The position numbers and the translations under genes are program-made. A stretch of DNA of 32,000 nt from Telmatocola sphagniphila (GTDB lineage Bacteria > Planctomycetota > Planctomycetia > Gemmatales > Gemmataceae), in NCBI RefSeq assembly GCF_018398935.1, contig NZ_CP074694.1:1830001-1862000 (forward strand). Direction: 5' to 3'. Position 1 is the first letter of the stretch. Every line of letters begins with the position of its first letter. Of this stretch, positions 16,010 to 24,109 are shown one piece after another. The notes below the pieces were generated by a model that was given only the letters and a program-made list of their open reading frames with translations, made no database searches and was not told where the DNA came from.

Positions 16010-17911
16010 ATGTATTCATTATCGGAACTGGAACTTTTGTGGCGAGAAACTCGCGGTGATCCGCGGGTTTCCATAGCCATTCTTGATGGCCCCGTGGACT
16101 GGAAGCACCCCAGTCTGGCCCATGCCCGGCTCGTCCCGCTAAACGGTTCCGAATCCGGCGAGAAAAATTGGGGACCTGCAAGTCGGCACGGTACCCAAGT
16201 CACCAGCCTGATTTTCGGTCAGTCGAATGGTCTCGTCAAAGGGATAGCGCCGAATTGTCGAGGACTACTGTCGCCGATTTTCGACTCGGCGGCGGACGGT
16301 ACGCTCAAACCTTCCAATCAAGTTCGATTGGCACAGGCGATTGCCGCGGCCCGCGACGCGGGCGCCCAGGTCATCAATATTAGTGGCGGCATGTTTGCGC
16401 CCAGTAGCCAAGTCGATCCGTTATTGGCCGAAGTCATTGAGGACTGTGCTCGACGAAATACTTTAATTGTGGCCGCGGTCGGCAATGACGGTTGCGCCTG
16501 CCCCCACATTCCGGCGGCTTTAAACTCCGTCCTCGCCGTGGGCGCCCTGGATGCCCTGGGGCAGCCCCTCCCATCGAGCAATTGGGATAGCTCCTACCGT
16601 TACCACGGTGTCGTGGCTTTGGGACACCATCTGACTGCCGCCGTACCCGGTTCGGGGTCGGCGCCGATGAGTGGAACGAGTGCCGCGACCGCCGTGCTCA
16701 GCGGAGTTGTGGGTTTATTACTCTCCCTGCAACTGAAACGCGGCCTGCGCCCCAATCCCTCTCAGGTGCGCGAAGCCATCCTTCAGAGCGCCGTGGATTG
16801 CCGAAAACAAGCGGCTTGGAACTGTCCACGATTATTAGCGGGACGATTGAATATCCCGGGAATTTTAGACATTCTCTTCAAGGAAACATCATATATGAAA
16901 AGCGCATCCCCTTCTGAAACTTCCGATGCTTTGCACGCATTCTCTCCTTCCGCAGAAGACTCTGGCGGAGTTGTGGCGTCCTCGGGAGTCGAGCCCTCGG
17001 CCTGCGGGTGTGGTTCGAACTCGTCCGTCAAAGTTTATGCTTTGGGTCGGATCAATTATTCTTTAGTCTCTCCCGCTCGGATCACTTTTTTAAAGACTTA
17101 CATGCAGGAGTACCCGACGAAGGCGGAACTAAAAGAACCTCCCAAGGCTTCCGAAATTAGAAATGATCCTAAAGATATTGGGTTAATGGTGAGACTACTT
17201 CGAGTAGCCGCCCACGAGCATATTGCCGCCAGCCTGGAGTGGACCCTGGAAATCGAACCGGGGATTCCCAGCTACGCGATAAAACCGCAGGGACCTTACG
17301 CCAGAGAGGCGTATCAACGTCTGATTGACGCCCTTTACGAGTTCAACTTCGGCACCAAAATCGAATACATTGTGATTCCCGGAGTAATTTCGGGAAAAGC
17401 AAAACTTCTATCGGGCCAAGAGGTTCCTGCATTGATTCCGGATTTGCGAGGTATGTTTTCCTGGAATACAGAATCGCTGATTCGCCGTCTCGAAAACGTT
17501 TTATCTGAGGAAAATCGAGCGGCGATACGCCACTATTTCCGAAGAAGTGCAAAGCTACTGAAGAACCTGGGAGTCCAAGCGGAACACCGAGCATTAAACT
17601 TTGCCCTTACCAATGCCTACACTCACATTTATGCAGCCGATGCCAAGCGCGCGGGAAATCAAGGTTATAATTCAGGGTATAGTCTCCCGGAACCGATCAT
17701 GGATCTCGAAACCGTGCACGTTTCTCGAAGTCAGATTTCCGCTCCGGGGACGGAGTGTTGGGACGTGGAAATAGCTTTCTTCTATCCGCATGTTCTGAAT
17801 TCGGAGCAAGCTCGACACATCCCGGATCGAAAAATCTATCAGTTCAAAGTTGATGTCTCTGACGTAGTTCCTGTGATGATTGGAGAAATACATTCTTGGA
17901 ACGCCCGATGA
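16010..17911 (+). CDS. Subtilisin-like (S8) protease of the PatA/PatG cyanobactin-maturation-protease family, with the family's C-terminal DUF domain
   Basis: 633-aa ORF with no signal peptide. The N-terminus LELLWRETRGDPRVSIAILDGPVDWKHP contains the catalytic Asp. The catalytic His is in SRHGTQVTSLIFGQ, the oxyanion Asn in AAVGNDGCACPHIPAAL, and the catalytic Ser in MSGTSAATAVLSG. The C-terminal domain has VYALGRINYSLVSPARITFLKTYM, LEWTLEIEPGIPSYAIKPQGPYA and IPGVISGKAKLLSGQEVPALIPDLRGMFSW. These match my recollection of the domain shared by PatA and PatG. Confidence 0.85.
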   Translation: MYSLSELELLWRETRGDPRVSIAILDGPVDWKHPSLAHARLVPLNGSESGEKNWGPASRHGTQVTSLIFGQSNGLVKGIAPNCRGLLSPIFDSAADGTLKPSNQVRLAQAIAAARDAGAQVINISGGMFAPSSQVDPLLAEVIEDCARRNTLIVAAVGNDGCACPHIPAALNSVLAVGALDALGQPLPSSNWDSSYRYHGVVALGHHLTAAVPGSGSAPMSGTSAATAVLSGVVGLLLSLQLKRGLRPNPSQVREAILQSAVDCRKQAAWNCPRLLAGRLNIPGILDILFKETSYMKSASPSETSDALHAFSPSAEDSGGVVASSGVEPSACGCGSNSSVKVYALGRINYSLVSPARITFLKTYMQEYPTKAELKEPPKASEIRNDPKDIGLMVRLLRVAAHEHIAASLEWTLEIEPGIPSYAIKPQGPYAREAYQRLIDALYEFNFGTKIEYIVIPGVISGKAKLLSGQEVPALIPDLRGMFSWNTESLIRRLENVLSEENRAAIRHYFRRSAKLLKNLGVQAEHRALNFALTNAYTHIYAADAKRAGNQGYNSGYSLPEPIMDLETVHVSRSQISAPGTECWDVEIAFFYPHVLNSEQARHIPDRKIYQFKVDVSDVVPVMIGEIHSWNAR

Positions 17912-18078
17912 TTCGATTATCCCGACGAGAACCTTTAGTCCGCCTAGGGGGCTCGGCCCGGAAACCAGTTCATCAGGAGATAAAATCGTTCGCCCGCTAT
18001 CCCCTAGAGCACGTTCAGTCCCGCGACGAATATCTCCGAATCGACACTCGATCAGAGCTCTGCCGACAAAGGCAATTT

Positions 18079-19296
18079 TTATATGGAGTGTATGCTTGTT
18101 TCCGCTTCCGGCGCAGGCAAATCGATTTCTCCCTGAAAGAATCCCCCTTTGAGCCCACTCACGGTCATTAGCATCTGGCGTTTCACGATCGGGATTTTGG
18201 GAAGCCAAGGCAGTGCGATATCGCGTCCCCAGGCCAAGGGAAACCAGTCCGACTGAAAAAACGGCGAGAGCAAGTAGGTGAGAATGGCGTAATAGCGGAG
18301 ATAAGCCCGCTGTTGAATGCGAAAGGCTTCGAAAGCCGCGGGAGGAGTGGCGGCCTCCTGCAAGCAATTCGCGAATTTCCAGGCATCCACTAAGGCCAGA
18401 TTCGCTCCCTGGCCCAAATGCGGGCTCATGGCGTGCGCGGCGTCTCCGATAAAAAGCGTGGTCGCGTCCTTGATTCGGGGCATCCAGACATGCTGGTAGG
18501 TGGTCGGTATCAACTGCTCTCGATCGATCAGATGGGTCAAAGCGTCCTGGGACTCGGGGGCGAACTGCAAAATTTCCGCTTTCAGGTTCTCCAGGTCGAC
18601 TTGGGGAAGTTGGGCCAGTTCGCGATGGGGCATTCCCCAGTAGACCGTGACCCGGTTGTCTCCCAAGGGTAACAGTCCAAAGAGATGGCGATTGCCGCGG
18701 ACCACTTGAAACAGCTTCCCCGGCCGTCCGGAACCGGGGCAAATCCACCAGAGGGTTCCGTGCGCGTAACGATGGACGCGAGCCCGAAAACCGCAGGCCG
18801 CCCGCAAGCGGGAGCGGGCACCGTCGGCCACCAGGAGAAAATCGAAAGGCCCCTGTTTGACTTCCTGCGCATCGACGATCCAGACCCGCCGACCCTGCAC
18901 CTCCCGCCGCACGATGGGAGAATCCAGATGGATCACGGCGGAGGTCTTCTGCAATTCCCGATAAAGAGCGGTGAACAGAACGCCGCGGTGGGTCCCCAGA
19001 GCATGATTGCCCGGCCGATAATCGCTGTAGCGATTGCAGATCAAAGGCTGTCCAGTGCTGTGGCGGGCATCGAGTTCGGTCAGAATCGCGGAGTGCCGAG
19101 TGACCTGTTCTCGCAGTCCCAAGTGGGCCAGAATTCGTTGCCCGGAAGTTTGAAGGAGAATGCCGGCCCCGCGGGCTCCCACTTCCGGGGCTTGTTCGAA
19201 GACGTGAACTTCATGCCCCTGGCGGGCTAATAGAATCGCGGACGCCGTGCCTGCCGTGCCCAGTCCCACGATGGCTATCCGATAGGTTCGAGCCAT
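18079..19296 (-). CDS. FAD-dependent monooxygenase (PHBH-fold, UbiH/salicylate-hydroxylase-like)
   Basis: 405-aa ORF with the dinucleotide-binding motif IAIVGLGTAGTASAILLARQGHEVHVFE. It also has the DG motif LLVADGARSRLR and the GD motif FIGDAAHAMSPHLGQGANLALVDA. Confidence 0.85.
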   Translation of the reverse strand: MARTYRIAIVGLGTAGTASAILLARQGHEVHVFEQAPEVGARGAGILLQTSGQRILAHLGLREQVTRHSAILTELDARHSTGQPLICNRYSDYRPGNHALGTHRGVLFTALYRELQKTSAVIHLDSPIVRREVQGRRVWIVDAQEVKQGPFDFLLVADGARSRLRAACGFRARVHRYAHGTLWWICPGSGRPGKLFQVVRGNRHLFGLLPLGDNRVTVYWGMPHRELAQLPQVDLENLKAEILQFAPESQDALTHLIDREQLIPTTYQHVWMPRIKDATTLFIGDAAHAMSPHLGQGANLALVDAWKFANCLQEAATPPAAFEAFRIQQRAYLRYYAILTYLLSPFFQSDWFPLAWGRDIALPWLPKIPIVKRQMLMTVSGLKGGFFQGEIDLPAPEAETSIHSI

Positions 19297-19551
19297 GACG
19301 CCTTTCCGATATTCACCGATCGGATTCCCAGCCGAACCGAGAGATCCCGGCCATCCGCAAACTTTGCTTCTACCGATGCCAGATTGGAGTGTATTTGGTC
19401 ATTTTTCGCAAATGGAATCATGCCCGTCCCTGAATCAAATCTTGGCTCCAAACGCTCCCCTCACGCACTCGGCCGCTCTTAGCGTTGCGAATGCAAGGCC
19501 CCTGATTCCCTGGCGAGTTGCGAACTTCTTAAACGGTGTTGCACGGGTCGT

Positions 19552-21021
19552 TCACTTCGGACTCCTAGGTGGCATCACCCGGAAGAGGCGCACAATTGCC
19601 TCGATATCCAGATTATCTCCGTTATCAAGAACAATTAGCGTTCGATCTTCGGCCACGTTACGCTCGATGATGGTGCGGAATCCTCCCCAACCGCCGTTGT
19701 GTCCCATCTGACTGATTTTGCCCTTATCCATCGTAATGCCCCAACCGAAGGCGTAATCCGTGGTCCCGTCTTTGCCATACTTCGAAGGGACGAGTGCCTG
19801 TTTAATGGTGGCTGGTTTCAGGACTTTGCCCTCGCGCCAGCCTTCGTCCCAGCGGGCCAGATCTTCCAGACTGGCCCAGACGCTTCCATCACCCACCACC
19901 AAGTTGGACTCATGACGGTAGGGAGGCGGTCCCCATATTTCATTCCATTTATTCTTATCCTTTTCCTTCTCATAGCCGAGCGCGGGCTCATGGATTTGGA
20001 AGTTAGGCCGATCATAAACCCCCGCCGTTTTCATCGCCAGCTTATCGAAAATTTCTTTCTTGAGGAACGCATTGAACGATTGCTTCGAGACCCGCTCGAC
20101 GATCAGAGCCAGAAGCATGAAATTGGTGTTCGTATACCGCCAGTTTGAGCCGGTTGGGAAGTAGAGCGGGGACTTCGTCCGTTCCCGGGCAAACAAGCTG
20201 ACATAATCCTCGTTCGTCACGTATTTCGGATGCTTGCCCTTGACGTTCTCGAAGTCCATATATTCGTGCAAACCGGAAGTCTGTCGGGCCAGATGCAAAA
20301 TGCGAATCGGGTTCTTTTTGTCGTATTCGGGTAATTCCGGCAGATATTTTCGGATGTCCTCGTCGAGTGCCAGCTTCCCCTGCTCATATAGGAGCAGGAT
20401 GGCCGTTCCCGTGAATTGTTTGGAACACGAGGCCAGTTCGAAGGGCGTTTGCGGAGTGATGGCTCGATTTTCTTTGAGATGCGCTAGGCCATAGCACTTC
20501 CGAAAGGCGATTTTACCCTGTTCGAGAACCAGTATGGCGCCTCCGGGTTTATGAGGCTCTTTACCGGTGTCCGCGATGATCGATTCGACTCGCGTGGCAA
20601 AGTCGCGGCCCAGCAGGTGCAACAGGGTGAGGTCCCCTTTATCCTGGCCACCATTTTCATTGAGGAGGTTAAAAGTACCTTTGAAGCGTCTTCCCAGCGG
20701 TCCCAGCGTCAGTCGGGCGGTGCCTTTCACTTTGTCCCCCCGCCAAGGTTCCTCAAAAGCAAACTCGAGGACGCGCGTCGTGGGATCAAAGGTGCCCGAC
20801 TTTAGGAGGCCGGTCTGATCCTTCGCATGGAGGTAAGTCCCCGTGACCGAAAGCAGCTTGGAATCTTTGTGCGGTGTGGTTCGGAAGGTGAAATAGCCCC
20901 AATCCGAGTCCCAAATTCCTGCGGCCAGGTCGATCGGTTCCGCCGCGAAACACCTAGAAGTGCAGGCCGGGCCCAGACAGAAGACAACACTCAAAAGGAG
21001 CGAGTAACTGGCACAATTCAT
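19552..21021 (-). CDS. Serine hydrolase of the beta-lactamase/transpeptidase-like family with extra N-terminal domain; secreted
   Basis: 489-aa ORF with signal peptide MNCASYSLLLSVVFCLGPACTSRCFA. The SxxK motif is ASCSKQF, the YxN motif is YTNTNF, and HNGGWGG lies near the C-terminus. A ~125-aa N-terminal domain has no family I recognise. Confidence 0.85.
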   Translation of the reverse strand: MNCASYSLLLSVVFCLGPACTSRCFAAEPIDLAAGIWDSDWGYFTFRTTPHKDSKLLSVTGTYLHAKDQTGLLKSGTFDPTTRVLEFAFEEPWRGDKVKGTARLTLGPLGRRFKGTFNLLNENGGQDKGDLTLLHLLGRDFATRVESIIADTGKEPHKPGGAILVLEQGKIAFRKCYGLAHLKENRAITPQTPFELASCSKQFTGTAILLLYEQGKLALDEDIRKYLPELPEYDKKNPIRILHLARQTSGLHEYMDFENVKGKHPKYVTNEDYVSLFARERTKSPLYFPTGSNWRYTNTNFMLLALIVERVSKQSFNAFLKKEIFDKLAMKTAGVYDRPNFQIHEPALGYEKEKDKNKWNEIWGPPPYRHESNLVVGDGSVWASLEDLARWDEGWREGKVLKPATIKQALVPSKYGKDGTTDYAFGWGITMDKGKISQMGHNGGWGGFRTIIERNVAEDRTLIVLDNGDNLDIEAIVRLFRVMPPRSPK

Positions 21022-21267
21022 GGGACACCTCAGGGAAAAAGGTAGTCAAATGACTTTGTGGAAGAGCCTAGTTTAAACTATCGACTCCCCGCCTGTTGAC
21101 TTGGTTTTCTCCAGGTCAGACCACTCCGGTGGCTTTCTCGATTTTTTCAGCGGCCCGCGGCTTCGAACAATTGGGAAACCGTCTGGAGGACAGACGAATT
21201 TCGACGGAATGGCCCAAAGAGCCGATACTTTCTGGTGCGAACTCTCCCGGGGAGGTATAATTTCCTC

Positions 21268-24063
21268 ATGCGATCCTACCCTCTGGCTCTCTTAATAATA
21301 CTGCTGATTTCTGGCGATTTCGCGAGCGCCGCCGAGCGTCTTTTCGTCGCCGTGGGCTACGGCGGACGTCGATTGATTTCGCGCGATGGGATCCATTGGG
21401 AAATTGCCGCCGAATGGAAAGAGAACGGCGGCGATGATGCCCACAATTTGACCAGCGTGGTCTTTGCGAAGGGCAAATTCGTGGCTGTGGGTGGGGCATT
21501 CGGAGGTCATATTCTCGTCTCTCCGGACGGGCGAACTTGGCGCGAAGTCGAAAGCCCGAAATTCCGCGTCAACCCCGTGCTGTTTGGGAACGATCGCTTC
21601 GTTGCCGGCGGCCCCGATCAAACGCTCTTGTGGTCCAGTGACGGTGAAAAGTGGCAAAAAGGGGGCAAGATCGAGGCTAAAGAGGCCACTCATTTTCGGG
21701 TCGGCGCATTCGGAAATAACACCTTTGTCTTTATGGGCAACGCGGGCGGTAACAGCCCCACTACCTGGATAGCAACCAGCAAAAACGGCGAAAAGATCGA
21801 AAAAGTTCGCGTCGATCTACCGCAACTCTTCAATGTCGTTTATGGGAAGGATTGTTTCGTCGCGGTGGGGGCCGAGGGGCGACGGTTGCGTTCCACCGAT
21901 GGCCTGAAATGGGAACACGAGGTATTGGAAAAAGGGATCGAACTTCGCAGTCTGGTCTGGAGTGGTCGAGAATTCATTGCCGGTGGCAGCGGGCAGACGT
22001 ATCGTTCCGCCGATGGAATTACCTGGAGCAAGGAGGCGAAGGGAATGCCATGCCATTTGCTCTATGCCGATGACAAAGTATACATCGGAACCAATTGGCC
22101 AGGTCAAATGCTGAGCTCCCCGGATGGCCAGGTCTGGTCCAAGCATGAGAAGTTGACCCCCAACGGCATCAATCAACTGGCCGTGGGGGAACTCGCACCG
22201 GCCAACACTGAGGAAAAATCGCAACCGGTGCAAGTGTTCGCCGACGCGAAAGCGCTAATTGCGACGCGCTGCTCGAAATGTCACAACGACAAGATCCGCA
22301 AAGGCGGGATCGATCTCTCGATTCTGGCCGACGAAAAGAGTTTAGCCAAACACCGCAAGATTTGGCGTCAAGTTGTGACTCAAGTGGAAACGAGTGAGAT
22401 GCCGCCGGAGGATCAGCCTCGTCTGGGCGAAGTTCAAAAGAAATCGCTCGTGCAATTCGTTCGCGCGCGGTTGAGTGAAATTGAAGCGGCGGAGAAACAA
22501 AAGCCCGATCCGGGCCCGGCTCTGATTCGGAGACTGACGCGGACCGAATACAATCGCGCGGTTCGCGATCTCTTTGGCCTCGAAGACAATATCGCCGAAG
22601 CGGTCGGCATGCCCGAAGACACCCAGGGGGAGAACTTCGACAACCTCTCAGCCGCTTTGAATTTCTCGGATGCCCAGATTGAAAAGTATTTCAGCGCGGC
22701 CGACTACATCCTCGAGAAACTTTACACGCCGCCGACCCAAGGCAAAAAACCCAAGGTTCCCGTCTCGCGCGAACTCGATCGATGGATAGTCTCCTGGCCG
22801 GATAACGGGATCTCCCTTCAAGAAGCGACTCGCGAAATACTGGCCCCCCTGCTCCGTCGGGCCTACCGGCGGCCTGTTGAACGCCGCGAGTTGGAGCGCT
22901 TCGTGGAACTGGTCCGGAAGGCCGCGCCGGGAGCCAAGAGCTTTGAAGAATCTCTGAAACCGGCCCTCAAAGCGTTATTGGTTTCGCCCAATTTTCTGAT
23001 TCGGATCGAACGGGATCGCGGTAAAACCGCGGAAGAAAATTATCGAGTCCGCGATCAGGAATTAGCCGTCCGCCTGGCCTTCTTTCTGTGGGGAGCACCC
23101 CCGGACCAAAAACTCAACGAGTTAGCCGATCGAGGGGAACTCAGCCAACCGGCCGTCTACGCCGCTCAGGTGAAGCGATTACTGGCGGACCCGAAGGCGA
23201 AGGCTTTGACCGAAGATTTCGCCGCGCAGTGGCTGCGGTTGCGGAAATTACCCGAGGCCCGCCCCTCCACCGAGTTCTTTCCCACTTTCAATGCCAACCT
23301 GCGGCAGGCTATGGGCGAGGAAGTGACGCAGTTCTTCGATCACCTTCGCAGCGAAGACGGGTCCATTCTGGATTTGATCGATGCCCGTTACACTTACGTG
23401 AATGCGGAATTGGCCAGGCACTATGGCCTTCCAGACACCCGCAAAGAATTTCATCGAGTGGAATGGTCAGACGCGAATCGGGGGGGACTGCTCGGCATGT
23501 CCGCGATTTTGGCCATGACCAGCCATACGAATCGGACCAGCCCGACACTGCGGGGAAAGTATGTCTTGGATGTCATTTTAGGAACCCCGCCGCCCCCACC
23601 GCCGCCCGATGTGGGAGTGATCGATGAGGCGAAATCGAAAGGAAAAGGCGCCCAGACCTTCCGGGAGCTGTTGACGCAGCACGCCACCCAGCCGAGTTGT
23701 GCGGGTTGCCATAGCAAGATCGATCCCCTCGGCTTCGGTCTCGAAGTGTTCGATCCGATCGGGCGACTCCGAAACCCGGGAAGTTCCATCGATGCTTCGG
23801 GCAAATTGCCGACCGGCGAACACTTTGTTGGTGCGGCCGAGTTGAAAAAGATCCTGCTCCAACGCAAGGACCAGTTTACCAGGAACTTTGTCGAAAAAAT
23901 GCTCACCTTCGCCCTCGGCCGCGAGTTGAGACCCCCCGATGAATCGACCGTGAACCGCATCGTCGAAAAAGTTGTCCAGCGGGGTTATCGATTTTCCGCG
24001 GTTGTGGAAGAGATCGCCAACAGCTATCCTTTCTTATATCGCCGAAACTCTACTGCCGATTGA
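21268..24063 (+). CDS. DUF1592-family protein (PSCyt + DUF1587/1592/1595/1588/1585 type) with N-terminal six-blade Asp-box (BNR) propeller; secreted
   Basis: I prefer ATG 21268 (signal peptide MRSYPLALLIILLISGDFASA, GGAGG upstream) over the track's GTG at 21235. Six SxDGxxW Asp-boxes are present (SRDGIHW, SPDGRTW, SSDGEKW, STDGLKW, SADGITW, SPDGQVW). A planctomycete cytochrome-c-like motif CSKCHNDKIRKGGIDLS follows. C-terminal motifs include CAGCHSKIDPLGFGLEVFDPIGRLR. Confidence 0.85.
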   Translation: MRSYPLALLIILLISGDFASAAERLFVAVGYGGRRLISRDGIHWEIAAEWKENGGDDAHNLTSVVFAKGKFVAVGGAFGGHILVSPDGRTWREVESPKFRVNPVLFGNDRFVAGGPDQTLLWSSDGEKWQKGGKIEAKEATHFRVGAFGNNTFVFMGNAGGNSPTTWIATSKNGEKIEKVRVDLPQLFNVVYGKDCFVAVGAEGRRLRSTDGLKWEHEVLEKGIELRSLVWSGREFIAGGSGQTYRSADGITWSKEAKGMPCHLLYADDKVYIGTNWPGQMLSSPDGQVWSKHEKLTPNGINQLAVGELAPANTEEKSQPVQVFADAKALIATRCSKCHNDKIRKGGIDLSILADEKSLAKHRKIWRQVVTQVETSEMPPEDQPRLGEVQKKSLVQFVRARLSEIEAAEKQKPDPGPALIRRLTRTEYNRAVRDLFGLEDNIAEAVGMPEDTQGENFDNLSAALNFSDAQIEKYFSAADYILEKLYTPPTQGKKPKVPVSRELDRWIVSWPDNGISLQEATREILAPLLRRAYRRPVERRELERFVELVRKAAPGAKSFEESLKPALKALLVSPNFLIRIERDRGKTAEENYRVRDQELAVRLAFFLWGAPPDQKLNELADRGELSQPAVYAAQVKRLLADPKAKALTEDFAAQWLRLRKLPEARPSTEFFPTFNANLRQAMGEEVTQFFDHLRSEDGSILDLIDARYTYVNAELARHYGLPDTRKEFHRVEWSDANRGGLLGMSAILAMTSHTNRTSPTLRGKYVLDVILGTPPPPPPPDVGVIDEAKSKGKGAQTFRELLTQHATQPSCAGCHSKIDPLGFGLEVFDPIGRLRNPGSSIDASGKLPTGEHFVGAAELKKILLQRKDQFTRNFVEKMLTFALGRELRPPDESTVNRIVEKVVQRGYRFSAVVEEIANSYPFLYRRNSTAD

Positions 24064-24109
24064 ACCCCCCGAACCCAGCGGCTTCCCGCACGAATTTCGA
24101 GTCGAACCT

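Noticed and set aside
21256-21261. A perfect TATAAT lies 6 nt upstream of ATG 21268, hinting at a leaderless transcript.
   Set aside because: The corresponding -35 position (tggtgc) is a poor match. The same stretch contains GGAGG, which works as an ordinary SD. There is no independent support.
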